DNA of 64,000 nt. Source: a virus. Position 1 is the first letter of the stretch. Each line of letters starts with the position of its first letter. The stretch spans positions 14,237 to 78,236 of the IMG/VR virus record IMGVR_UViG_3300037041_000399, one strand, 5' to 3'. Both the position numbers and the translations under genes were made by a program. This document shows, piece after piece, positions 19,901 through 29,600 of the stretch. Below the pieces are notes generated by a model. That model was given only the letters and a program-made list of their open reading frames with translations, searched no databases and was not told the DNA's origin.

Positions 19901-22900
19901 AATTAGAAATCTATAAGAATGATAATTTTGAGTATTTTGATAAGTACATGAAGAATCTTGTTGAGTCTTTTGATCTTGGTGACGAGTTACGTAAAGAGCT
20001 TTGGAGCAATGTCAAAACAAAACCAGGACAAATGGCGGATGTTGCTAATAAGCTTAATATTGATATTGGCGATTTGTATAGTACATTTGGTGCTGATGTA
20101 GCTGCAGGCTTACTACAACAAGCTGATGATGTTGCTGCTGCTATTGATCGTGCTATGGCTACTCAACAGTACGATAAACTACCAGCCTTAAAGCAACGTA
20201 AGGCCGCATTGACAACTAGAATGGCAACCCCTGAGTTTAAATCTCGTGGTGCTATGGCAGAATCAATGGGACTTGATCAGAGTTTAATCCCTGGTATTAG
20301 CACAGACGTTTTAGATTCGTTAGAAGCTGGTTACAAAAAGATTAAAGAAATTGATACGTATCTTGAGATGAACAAGAATACTATTAGCGATGCCACTTAT
20401 CAAGCTAAGATACAAGAGAAGTTAAATGAACAACTCTCAGGAAAGAAAGCTGCGTTAGATGCTAGCTTTGGAAGACCTTCTTTTGAACTTCAAGCACGTA
20501 TAGGAACTAATCTTACGGGTGCTCAGTTATCATTAATCTCACAAACAGATGTAGATAACTTAAAAGCTGCTGAATTAAACTTAGCTAAAATTAAATTAGA
20601 CTTAGATGGTTCAAATGCTAATGCAGATACTTTGACAGACTATTTCAAAGCACTAGCAGATGAAGCTGAAGCTCGTTATCAAGCATCTCGTAATGCTGCA
20701 TCCAAAACAGGTGCAGGAATGATGCAATCACTAGCTGATGTTAATTTTAGTGGTGCTAGTAAACTTAACTTGTTACCTCCTGCAATTGTACAAAATGTAA
20801 TTAAGCTTAGTAACTATATTAAAGATCTTAGACATAATCTAGAACAACCAACCTCTCCTGAAGCTTTTATTGCAATTAATAAAGAAATTGCTAAAACAGA
20901 AGAGGCGTTAAGTTCTATCAGAGATCAGTATACTAGTCTCCAAGACAAAATTAGTTCTGTCAATGAAGTGTTTGGCGTTAGCTTTAGTAATATTGATTTT
21001 GTATCGTTAGGCTCTTCTTTGACTAGCACTTTGATAACTGTTGCTCAAAGTCTTAAAACAGAACTTGCAAAAGAAATGGAGAAAGGTTTCTTAAGCGTAA
21101 GAGCTGAGAGTATTATTAAGGTATTAGATAGCTTAACTACAACTGGTACTTACTTAAAATTCTTTGCTGACTTTAAGAAAAATGCTAGAGAAAGTTTAAC
21201 AGATGGAATGAAATCTGCTTTTGATAAGATTAAATCAATTGCACCTAACTTTGGCTTTAGTCAAAATCAATTCCAAATGATGGATAAAGGTTCTCGTGAC
21301 CAATATTCCAAACAAGCTTCTGACATAACTGCATTAACAGCTATTCAAGGGCTAAATGGTTTAACACAGAATCAAACAGATATCATCAATCAAAAACAAC
21401 CTGTTGATGAAATGATGAAGCAACTGATTGATTCGTTTGATACTAATCAGTTAAAACAGTATGAAAAGCTAACTTCATCTCCTGTAGATCTTCAATTAAA
21501 AGCTGCTGATATACAATTAGAAGCTGCTAAAATGAACCTGGAGGCGGTTAAAGGCAAGGCACCTGAAGTAACAACACCTTTCAAAGAAGCTTCTAAGCAA
21601 ACTACAGAAAGAGCTTTAGCCACAGGCCCACGAAGTGGTGTAACTTCATTAGCTGAAATGGCTAAGGATATTCCTTGGTCAGCTAATGCGCCTAAGCCTA
21701 AATTTAGACCTGATGTAGAACGGTGGGATTCATTAATACAAGACGCAGTGAAAGAATTTCCACGTGTAACAGTAGAAATGGTTAAGGCCGTTGTTGAACA
21801 TGAATCTCGTGGATTAAATATTAAGTCAGGCATTACTCCAAAACCAGGTTATAAAGAAACCTCATTTGGATTAGGTCAGTTTAATGATGCTACTGCTAAA
21901 ACATTTGGAGTTGATAAGACAGATCCTGCGTCTACAATAAGAGGTATTGCACAATATTTATCTCTAAATATGAAAACGTTTGGAAATACTCGTGATGCCT
22001 TTAGAGCATATGCCGTTGGGCCGACAGGTGCCAAACAAGGTTTAGGTCAAGATAAAGCTGATGAGTTTATGACTACATTAGCAACTGGACGTGCGCCTAA
22101 ATCTGCACCTGTAACTACTTCTCCTGAGCTTATAAAGCCTACTGCTGAATCTGTTGCTAAATCTATTGAAGTCGCTGTTTCAAAACAAGGGGAGCTTAGC
22201 AGAGCTTTCAATGTAGACCTCATGGCTAGGATTAAAGAAATAGGTAAACAGAAACCGTTTGAAGCATATCAATTGGATAAACTTCAAAATCAGATTAACC
22301 CAAATGTTAGTACTCCAGCAGAATTATTATCTACTCATGGAGCTAAACTTGGCACTGATATTGTCGGTCAGATGAATGAAACTCAGATATCTTTGGCTAC
22401 ATCTCTTAACGAAAAATTGATGCAAGTTCAGCAACAATTTAATGCAAATCCAAGTACAGCTTTGCAACAAAGTATTACTACATACTCAGAAATGTTAAAA
22501 GCATTTACTGAAGGTGTTACAGCGGATGCTGAAGAGCTTGGTATAGCTAAGATGGTTGCATTCTCTTCTGCCAATTCTACCAACATCAGTAAATTCTTAA
22601 GTAGATTTAGCGGTATCAGTGAAGAACTTGTCATGACAATGAATGAAGCTGATAAAGCTTTAGCAAAGAATATGACAATTATTCGTGAGGATCTAAAAGA
22701 TAAGCTAGCAGCTGACGCTAAAGCTGGTAAATCAACTACTGCTACTGCACTTAAAATATTAGATTTAAGCGATAATATTTCAGACCTAGGTAATAAGGCA
22801 ATGGATGCAGCTAAAGAAATTAAAACAGCTGGTGAGTCTTTTGCTTCTGGATTTACATCTTCCTTTAAAGACGCTTTCAAAGGTTTAATGAATCAAGATA

Positions 22901-25398
22901 AAGCGGATGGTAAGTCTGTAATAGGTACATTTGGCAACAAACTCAAAACATCAATTAAAGACCAAGTACTAAACACTGTTGCTGATTCATTTACTAATGT
23001 ACTTGAATTAGGTAAAGGCGGTAAACTTACAAAAGTATTACAAAATGTAGGTAAGAATTTATTTAGTACTATTGGTTCAGCTGGTAGCGGCATTAAGAAG
23101 ATTCTTTCAGGCAATATGACTATGGAAGGATTTACGAGTGGTATTAGCGACTGGTGGAGTGGAATTACTGGCGGTGATACCACAGATACCTCTAATATGT
23201 CACCTGAAGAAATCCAGTTAACAGCTGCTGAGAAGTTTTCTAAAGCTGTCGATAAGTTTGCAAATGGTGGTGTAGGCGGTGGCTTAGGTGGTATTGCCAA
23301 AGCTGCAGCTGGTGGTGGATTCCTTAGTGGTTTAGGTGATACACTTATGAGTGCCTTGCCGTGGGTTGCAGGTGGCGCTGGTGTGCTAGGTTTAGGTGCT
23401 TTACTGTCAGGCAGTGGAAAAGGGAGTTGGAACGAAGGCACTAAAGGTCTTGGTGGTGATTTCTTCTCTTCATTTAATGGTGGTAAATCATCTAGTGGAA
23501 ATCCTACAAGTTTCTTAAATCCTGTTACAGGTATATTTGAAACAATAAGAGAAGGCGGTTCATCTCTTCTTAGCGGAGTAGGTAAAGCTGCATCTGGTAA
23601 TTGGAATGCAGATACCTTTGCAGGCATTCGAAGTGGAAACATGGATAAAGGCACTGGAGTGTTTGATAGTGTTACCAATGGGTTATCTAGCTTATTACCT
23701 GGCTCGCAAACAGGAGATATCTCTACGAAGTCTATAACAGCTCTCGGTCAATCTATGCAAAATAGTTTGCCTGATGCTAAAGTAGAGGGACTATGGGATA
23801 TTTTATTATCACCGCTTATGTTCTTATTTAAATTACTAAAAGATGGCTTTTTAGGGATAGTAGGGATGTTTACAGGCGTAGGTCAAGGAGTAGGTACAAG
23901 CTCTGGTACTGGTGAAAGCTCTACAAGTCCTTCTGCAGGCAATACATCTAAATCACCATTTAGTGGTATGTTTGGATTAGCTGCTGGTGGTCAAGTTAAA
24001 GGACCAGGGACTCCTACTTCAGATTCTATACCTGCACTACTATCTAACGGAGAGTTTGTAGTAAATGCTAAAGCTACTAAAGATCATAGGGATCTTCTAG
24101 AAAAGATTAATAGTGGCAAGGTAATTAAACGTTCACTAGGTGGCATGATTGGTATGGGCGCTAGTTTAGCCGGTACATTTATGAAAGGCAAAACTGGTAG
24201 TCTTATTGGCACATTAGGCTCTGGTATTAGTGGCATAATGGGTATGATCGATAAACAGCAAGCCGCAGCTGCTAGTGAAAAGTTACTTGCAGCAGCTACA
24301 CACCTAGAATCAGCTGCTACAGCATTAGAAAGTTTTGCAGCTAAGGGTGGTGTAGGTGGTGGTCTCCAATCAGCTGTCCAAGGTGAAGGTCAAGGCGGAG
24401 GTGGCGGTGGTCTGCTGCGAGGCGGTATTAAATCATTAATGAGCCAAGGGTCTAGTGGTGGTATCATGGATTCTATTCAAGGCTTCTTTAGTAATGGATT
24501 AAATGCTGAGCACGGTACAGATGCACTAGGTGGACAATCATTTGGTGTATTACAATCAGATGCCAACGCAAGTGTTGGAAGTTATGGTGTTCTTGCTGCT
24601 GATGCTAACTCTTCTATCAATGGTGCTGCAGCTGGTAACAGCTTTGGCGTAATGGCTTCTGACGCTAATGGCGGAGGAATGTTTGATGGCTTAACTAGTA
24701 TGTTCAGTGAAGGCGGTTCGCTTAGCAATATGTTTGGTGGATTAACCGATGGCATTTCAGGTATGTTCCAAGGCTTAGTAGGTGGCGAAGGCGGTGGTGG
24801 CATTATGAGCATGTTCCAAGGCTTAGTCGGCGGTGAAGGTGGTGGCGGTATTATGAGCATGTTCAGCGGCCTCATAGGTGGCGAAGGCGGTGGTGGTATC
24901 ATGGGTATGTTTAGCGGCCTCTTTGGTGGTGGTGGTGCAGGTGGCGCTCTTGGCGGCATTGGAGATATATTTGGCAGTCTTATGAGTATGTTACCATTTG
25001 GCTTTGCTGATGGTGGCAGTGTAAGAGGCCCAGGCTCTAGCACCTCTGATTCAATACCAGCTATGTTATCTAATGGCGAATTTGTTGTTAACGCAGCATC
25101 TACTCGAGAACATAGAGGATTATTAGAACATCTAAATAGCGGTAAGCCTCTGGCTAAACACTACCTAGGCGGTTTACACTTAGCTGATGGCGGAATAGCT
25201 ACTGCAGCTGCGCCTATAATGACCACACCTACTGCTAGTTCTGCCAAGCCGTTACGTAGCAATAAAGACTCTACAGTAGTAAATTTAAACATAACAGGCG
25301 ATATATCTCGTCAAACTCGCGCGGAAGTTTACAAGCTAATCCCTAATATAACACAGGGCGTAAACACGCATAATAAAGACAGCAACTATAAAGGATAA
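13918..25398 (+). CDS. Tape measure protein (3826 aa) with multi-TM region and SLT lytic transglycosylase domain
   Basis: N-terminal tape-measure motif QLNQGLSSGALRGEELNSVLEQAP; long hydrophobic stretch ~16.1-18.3 kb; SLT motifs AVVEHES...GLGQF...AY at ~21.72-22.08 kb; two GGxVxGPGxxTSDSIPAxLSNGEFVVNA motifs. Confidence 0.9.
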   Translation: MSGIVIEVEAKVSQAETSLERLNDVVRNITASLKAVDKGLENLSLKKEVPLDKTEKALNNLSPKIDKLQSSTDKLFKGSSNVDNRYSKEFVNIGVSAEMAGKRVEKAFNDITLKPNDAALKSFSFEIDRTSRKISKQMSEGISKKDLRDTESSLLNINKSITGISGNITSAVGSIGTAIAAFGSIATIGMFVKSLSDITSSFTEIESKIAMVTGRTVAFSEAQQALLKVAAETRTTYGATADAFSGVGRAMKDVGATSEQLFRVTKVLQQSQALSGGSSEGFKAAMMQLNQGLSSGALRGEELNSVLEQAPAIADALARSLHVSVGALKGIAEQGKLTTSVVFSSLLKQADYINDKFKAINPTLGNAMEAGFEGAKRFAFELDKGLGLSQDLAKAVSKLTSGLGTKTSGIRVFAADFDVQLKEAIIRVKSYMQPLTQVVTALGQEFYRVFSSWKIPEGSQKPLDDLIRKFTIFKFVLTHTDPGTDTKILFRKVETAIVDSVKTISDLLDKGIKLSDKFIMPIIDKIKDLYPKARKALLTTLDGLRSVIKESMSVLADGFEIGAEFVKPIIRELTKLPDQLILIFNKVAKALGSAASATSSLADGVADLLDSVTLKVGDLDGIYEYLNSFKDKVITIFFKIWDAVIGHSWWTDTIDSIIDTSKSLWEKASPGLIRFRDSIIALFKTIASTVTTAFNDAMVKLNIEPKSVSFKIPISIDDAKVQFEGVYDSFVKTFDKFKDDFPLLFKAIAAGVGAILVGMFLPSGNFVLLLEAALISASIQSATMFAETIGRDLGDASLLAGLGNNLGAAAGKLFASFLANMPLLVSAFLGFISEFTKEFLKQLPIIGVAFKALFGIAGAFGMAGPLGLVGAIFFGRGILGIMATFGFYTEAITGFMAKMAILGNFFGGGGGLISRLLFGAGRAWHFLPILGLIASLSGAFDALYNDSSLSALIINGGLIYFAIFGKGGLAGFAKIGMLVRANIVGILSEFTATAGLASSIAAGGAFGPMLMAGIRNFRNFFRGVSAMSAMFFSSSLSSWAQYFTRWIAVTGFSGNILRFFRTFYLNIFGPITAASYSFAPLAQSFVAAISAMKAAAVSFIMTARTAGIAMGGWLAALTRMLLGGPGILILVGLIASLFSKSADAAESFREESNKGFFENLTDNIANLDIIGYFRGLKDKLDAIDFGGMLGVNFKVSIYAALTAVTAALMLFSTNVRKTLMLLAGDLLVFSGKALFSIAALFSPVEVLAAGALLLKAGWWAGVNLNRGLTMGFALKDTIISIIMRLQATAALAGAMRTLGITMAVGLLGAFSAEAIGFADFSAMSVLGFTAIAAFIYPILNGLTVIPAAITAAFTGGTIMQAIGVLSARILLMFAPLGLAAAGAFAGAWAGGQFGDDMAMIGGLAGALLAFKFTESIMTGITEFLAVGARLMTLGWVGLALTAAGLIYAWLFGSDSTSLSQDLDSIIEKTRTLFGMKPNPVDFRTGLRLDDLQAAATMGIKIDYKIDPISAALASDSSKEAVTKATEDLAQAIRDAKADWDISGLTQDQRDLLQKKVKATAARVDAASASTPFVFKDFGKNLTQAQRYRPDTLWGQLQRQGAQAALDAEFEVKLKQLSIASRMPWNQTSAARLDLKSQRDAVSLSKDTTYNANYSPLDAETAKLAQLTKGFDNLGPVGPKMMAHLKDTGREIIALTKQINENKYWFWEHPNGKIWENAAPDPKLIAQMKMLRAEYKSTAEDIVRYSTLMKAAQSFAGRISSIASKFDMKGVESKLDTNKIFANSDTAVNRMEKLGEAAERLSKSLEGVFDVKAKNDIILNIEEVVKQKERLKEDSVQSYKYASPVIPKMAEELGLGAGKAAAGLPENISGPVLARMTELKRQREDFLNKPVRPVNPDLVPQDFVKETAQNKHETMVYQGDMRLWQTRKKNQETVIKTLEEEFANNKLGSTQAALIQAKREATKIQMEEPVKPALAMLDAKAQQAKMEKLRIEYKQKLEIYKNDNFEYFDKYMKNLVESFDLGDELRKELWSNVKTKPGQMADVANKLNIDIGDLYSTFGADVAAGLLQQADDVAAAIDRAMATQQYDKLPALKQRKAALTTRMATPEFKSRGAMAESMGLDQSLIPGISTDVLDSLEAGYKKIKEIDTYLEMNKNTISDATYQAKIQEKLNEQLSGKKAALDASFGRPSFELQARIGTNLTGAQLSLISQTDVDNLKAAELNLAKIKLDLDGSNANADTLTDYFKALADEAEARYQASRNAASKTGAGMMQSLADVNFSGASKLNLLPPAIVQNVIKLSNYIKDLRHNLEQPTSPEAFIAINKEIAKTEEALSSIRDQYTSLQDKISSVNEVFGVSFSNIDFVSLGSSLTSTLITVAQSLKTELAKEMEKGFLSVRAESIIKVLDSLTTTGTYLKFFADFKKNARESLTDGMKSAFDKIKSIAPNFGFSQNQFQMMDKGSRDQYSKQASDITALTAIQGLNGLTQNQTDIINQKQPVDEMMKQLIDSFDTNQLKQYEKLTSSPVDLQLKAADIQLEAAKMNLEAVKGKAPEVTTPFKEASKQTTERALATGPRSGVTSLAEMAKDIPWSANAPKPKFRPDVERWDSLIQDAVKEFPRVTVEMVKAVVEHESRGLNIKSGITPKPGYKETSFGLGQFNDATAKTFGVDKTDPASTIRGIAQYLSLNMKTFGNTRDAFRAYAVGPTGAKQGLGQDKADEFMTTLATGRAPKSAPVTTSPELIKPTAESVAKSIEVAVSKQGELSRAFNVDLMARIKEIGKQKPFEAYQLDKLQNQINPNVSTPAELLSTHGAKLGTDIVGQMNETQISLATSLNEKLMQVQQQFNANPSTALQQSITTYSEMLKAFTEGVTADAEELGIAKMVAFSSANSTNISKFLSRFSGISEELVMTMNEADKALAKNMTIIREDLKDKLAADAKAGKSTTATALKILDLSDNISDLGNKAMDAAKEIKTAGESFASGFTSSFKDAFKGLMNQDKADGKSVIGTFGNKLKTSIKDQVLNTVADSFTNVLELGKGGKLTKVLQNVGKNLFSTIGSAGSGIKKILSGNMTMEGFTSGISDWWSGITGGDTTDTSNMSPEEIQLTAAEKFSKAVDKFANGGVGGGLGGIAKAAAGGGFLSGLGDTLMSALPWVAGGAGVLGLGALLSGSGKGSWNEGTKGLGGDFFSSFNGGKSSSGNPTSFLNPVTGIFETIREGGSSLLSGVGKAASGNWNADTFAGIRSGNMDKGTGVFDSVTNGLSSLLPGSQTGDISTKSITALGQSMQNSLPDAKVEGLWDILLSPLMFLFKLLKDGFLGIVGMFTGVGQGVGTSSGTGESSTSPSAGNTSKSPFSGMFGLAAGGQVKGPGTPTSDSIPALLSNGEFVVNAKATKDHRDLLEKINSGKVIKRSLGGMIGMGASLAGTFMKGKTGSLIGTLGSGISGIMGMIDKQQAAAASEKLLAAATHLESAATALESFAAKGGVGGGLQSAVQGEGQGGGGGGLLRGGIKSLMSQGSSGGIMDSIQGFFSNGLNAEHGTDALGGQSFGVLQSDANASVGSYGVLAADANSSINGAAAGNSFGVMASDANGGGMFDGLTSMFSEGGSLSNMFGGLTDGISGMFQGLVGGEGGGGIMSMFQGLVGGEGGGGIMSMFSGLIGGEGGGGIMGMFSGLFGGGGAGGALGGIGDIFGSLMSMLPFGFADGGSVRGPGSSTSDSIPAMLSNGEFVVNAASTREHRGLLEHLNSGKPLAKHYLGGLHLADGGIATAAAPIMTTPTASSAKPLRSNKDSTVVNLNITGDISRQTRAEVYKLIPNITQGVNTHNKDSNYKG
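24763..24930 (+). repeat. 48-nt tandem coding repeat (MF[Q/S]GL[V/I]GGEGGGGIM[S/G]) x~3.5 in the tape measure gene
   Basis: Units start at 24763, 24811, 24859 and 24907. Confidence 0.85.
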
Positions 25399-25400
25399 TT

Positions 25401-26030
25401 ATGAGTTACGGTATCTGTAATGAAAATGGAGACGTTATTGCTAGATTTGTTGTACCAACAACACTTGTAAGCAATCAACCTGTCTTCGCTACAGATACCC
25501 TTTCCTTACATAGAAAGACAACGGCAAGAGGTGCTCAGCGTTGGGAATTAACGTCTAACGTTGAGCCTTTGTATAATAATGCCGAGGCACTCTTTGTCAA
25601 TCTAGTAAGAAGAGGGCATCATTCAGAAGTATGGATTAAGGCACCTCAAAATACAGGTGTAATTGCAAAACTGAGAAGTGTTACTGGAGATAATAATGTA
25701 CTTACATTAGATATTGGTGCACGCTCAAATGTGAATGGCAATGGAAATTTAGTAATTACATCAACGCCTGCATATACAATCCCTATGGGAACTTTGATAA
25801 CTCTATCAGGAGACAATAAGGTGTATATGTTATTACAAGATTTAGTACCAGACAGCTTATCTATTAGTGTATATCCTGAAATTCGTATTACTGCACCTAG
25901 CTCTGGCACTATGACTTATTCAGGTGTCAAGATGAGATGTTTATATGATATGGATACAATACAAGGTATGATGTATCAAGATGGGATTTTAATGGACATG
26001 GGCGCTATTAAATTTGTGGAGTACTTGTGA
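25401..26030 (+). CDS. Distal tail protein-like
   Basis: First gene after the tape measure gene; size and synteny. Confidence 0.55.
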   Translation: MSYGICNENGDVIARFVVPTTLVSNQPVFATDTLSLHRKTTARGAQRWELTSNVEPLYNNAEALFVNLVRRGHHSEVWIKAPQNTGVIAKLRSVTGDNNVLTLDIGARSNVNGNGNLVITSTPAYTIPMGTLITLSGDNKVYMLLQDLVPDSLSISVYPEIRITAPSSGTMTYSGVKMRCLYDMDTIQGMMYQDGILMDMGAIKFVEYL

Positions 26031-26659
26031 TGATCATTTTATCAGATCATAATATACAAATGTTAGAGACTCCCGGTGCATACGCAATATTTGTGGTATC
26101 AATTTTAAATAAGGATAATGAAGTTATTTATGCTTCTACTACTCACTTTTCAGATATTATTATACCATGTGCATCTTTATTTAGTACGCCAGTCAAGGAT
26201 TTAGGCGGTTATGTAATTTCCAATATGACGTATATTGCAGATGGTTCTCTAATGGCTTTACAAGCCCCTAAATTATCAACTTCAGTGGATAGAGAGCAAT
26301 ATAGTTTAAACATTGTGGATCCAGACTTACTTATTATTGCTGCAAAATATAATGGTCTTATTGGCTGTAAACTGAAGGTTGCATGCTTGTTTGCCTCTAA
26401 TAGCAATATTAATATAGCTAAAGAAAATTTATTAATAGTGTATGCGGGTAGAATTACAGGCACAACACATACAAGAAAAACTCAACACCAAGGAGAGTCA
26501 TTTTTGACTATTATAGGCGGTTCTCCAATGTATAATTTAGATCAAAAGAATGGTATTTATTTTTCTGATCCTAAAGTTAAAGAAAGAGACCCTCAAGATA
26601 CTTGCGCAGAAAGAGTTTATATATCATCTAGAAACTATGCTTTACATTGGGGAAGATAA
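26027..26659 (+). CDS. Minor tail/tip protein
   Basis: Synteny between distal tail and hub genes. Confidence 0.5.
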   Translation: MMIILSDHNIQMLETPGAYAIFVVSILNKDNEVIYASTTHFSDIIIPCASLFSTPVKDLGGYVISNMTYIADGSLMALQAPKLSTSVDREQYSLNIVDPDLLIIAAKYNGLIGCKLKVACLFASNSNINIAKENLLIVYAGRITGTTHTRKTQHQGESFLTIIGGSPMYNLDQKNGIYFSDPKVKERDPQDTCAERVYISSRNYALHWGR

Positions 26660-29600
26660 TGACAGATCCGTTTTCGATAATCATGGCGATTGTTTCAATT
26701 GCAATGACAATCTATCAAATCATTGCAGCACCTAAGCCAAAACCGCCTCCACAAAATATGCCACAAACAACTGGCATTGATGTTACAGCAGATGGTGTTC
26801 CTGCTTATTTACCTGTTGTATATGGTAGAGCACGTGTTAATGGCATACGCGCTTGTACTGACTTAAGCGCGGGATATGTGTATAACAATACACCTGAAGG
26901 GTTTAAGCGCTTTAATCCGACAGCGACTTCTGCACTTACAGCTAGGCTGACAGAGAGTAACACAGGATTAAAACAAGCTGTCATGGAGACTCAGATTGCA
27001 CTAGCACATGGGCCTATTCATGATGTTGTTGATATTCTTATTGAAGATTTTGGGCCTGACAATCCTAATTTTGCTTATAGAAATGACAATACTGCACATA
27101 AGAATATTACATTACGTAATAAATTACCTACAGCTACCTGGCAAATTGATGTCTGTAAGGCAGGTGGTGTTGCGCACCCTAATGGAGCTTCTACCAATAC
27201 TTTTAAAGATATTGCTTATGCGCATTGCACATTAGTATTAGATCCGGTAGAACCTCAATTTAATGGAATGCCAGATATTTCCTTTCTGGTAGAAGGCATA
27301 AAAGTGCAGAAATGGAAGTTAGTTGACAATATTCCTGTTGTTGATGGTGCTAAGCAATATTCTAACAATCCTGCTTGGTGCTTAATAGACTACCTTACTA
27401 ACGAAATATATGGAAAAGGTGTTACTATCGATGAAATTGATTTGCACTCTTTTATTAAAGTAGCTAACCTTTGTGAAACTGTATTTCCAACCCAATATAA
27501 AATTGGTGGACAGATCAACGCTGGTGTTCCTGCGCTTCAAACGAGAAAAATGTTTGAATGTAATATCGCACTAGATACTGGTAGACCAATGCGTGAAAAC
27601 ATTGATAGCTTACTGTCTACAATGAATGGCGGGATGCTAACATGGTCTGCTGGTAAATATAAGCTAAGTGCAATCCACCCTACAACAAAAGATGACTTAA
27701 TTGAACTAACAAAAGTAAATGGCCAAGTAAACTCTATTAATCAGTTAACAGATGATGATTTAATCTTAGATCAAGATCTAGAAATTGCATGGCCAGATGC
27801 AGGCACAAGGCTTAATCAAGTTACTATTCATTTTAAGAATGAAGCTAGAAACTTTAAAGATGATGCAATTACGTGGCCTGTGTTATATAAGGACGCTGAA
27901 TCTAACGTATCATCTACTTCGCAAAAAGTTCCTGGACATAAGTCTACGTATCAATGGTTAAAGGTTAGTAATGATGGCAAATTAAATTGGAGTAAGTGGG
28001 CCTTCCCTACTTATTTTGAGCAATTTGGGGTTAACAACAGAGGGCCTGTAGATCACGGTACTGATGTGTATCACGTGCTAGTACAAAAGAATTCAGGTGG
28101 TAATTATTTCTTAGATGCTGTTTGTACGGCTCGCATCAATCGTATTAAGATTGTAAGAATGTATCCAGAAAACCCTGGAACAGCCGAAACGGTAATGATA
28201 AATTCTACTCAGGCAGCTGCTCCTAAATTCTCTGGAAACTATGCTACGAGGTTTAACACAAACGGTGACAAATTCTATTATAATACACTACACAGTGGTG
28301 TTGTTACAATAGGTTATTATGGTGGCGACTGGTGGTGTGGTATAACGCGTGTAATGACAGACACTACAACACAAGCTGTTTTGACTATAGATCCTGGAGA
28401 AAAATATTATTTAAGAATTGAAATAGAGTATACTAATACGCCTTGTTATGCAGAAAGTCATAAAGGGACTGGACCTGAAAATCGTGATGCAGTGTATCTA
28501 GACTATAACCCTGCAGATGGTGTTGTTTATGGATTACAACTAATTGATTATGCAGCTGGAGAAAAAGTATTATGGCAAACAGGTCAAGATTATTATGAAT
28601 CATTTGATATTGCCACAACAAATCAGACTAATACTCTTATAAAAGCTAATCAGTTACACGAAGAATTAAAAGCAATTGATGGTGACTTATTATTAGAAAA
28701 GGATTTCACAATCCCCGGAATTAGTACTATTTACCATGCTTGGTTTAGAGGTGAAGAAGTAGTTAGAGCTAGTCGTTTTGGATTTAAGCTTTCACTAAAG
28801 TATTTAGTTAGAAATATGTATTTAGAGCCTGGGGATGTATTTACGCTAAATTCAGATACATTAGAGTTATTGCCGTACAAAGGTAATTGGACAGCTGGTA
28901 GTAGTTATTCTAAAGGAAATATTGTGTATTATAATAATAATTATTATATACGTATTTCAGGTTTTGATGTAGTAAGTGCAACGGTACCTAGTGCAGATAT
29001 TTCATGGGATACTACAGTATATCCGCTACCTTTTAGGGTAACAGCTAGTTCTTTGAATGAAGAGAATATATGTTCTATTTCTGCTGACTTTATTACAAAA
29101 GATTTCTTTGTAAGTGATGTAGATTTACCAGACTTTAAACATGACTTAGAAAGCCCTATCTATAGATTAACGGATACAACAATTAAGTATTTTGTATTTG
29201 AATCCGCTCGTAACAGTACAATAGGTAGCCCCGGAACACTAAGGGTATCTTCCAATAGCAGACTAGTAACAACATATACTTATCAAGCTTGTTACGATTA
29301 TGAGTTAGATTCTGGCAAAGAACCTACATTCATAACGTTAGCTGAAACAGGTGCAGTGTATTATGAAGTACCTCCAACAACAGCTACAACTGCAATCTTT
29401 AGAGTAATTCCTAAAGACTTTGAGAATAATACATTAGTGCCTGCTTATAGTATATTAGAGGGTGTACATACTTTATCTCATTTTGGAAATGCTTTAGTAC
29501 TAGCTGCTGATGACAACACAATTATGTATACGGATGACAAGCCTGCAAAAGCTACTACAATGTTACATGCTATTCTAGATGAACCAGCTCCTACTAGAGT

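Noticed and set aside
24763-24930. Tandem repeat as a possible CRISPR array or DGR element
   Set aside because: In-frame coding repeats with synonymous variation and no unique spacers; no cas or reverse transcriptase gene in the window
13902-25043. Numerous minus-strand ORFs opposite the tape measure and other large genes
   Set aside because: Antisense shadows of codon-biased + strand genes; no RBS or domain evidence
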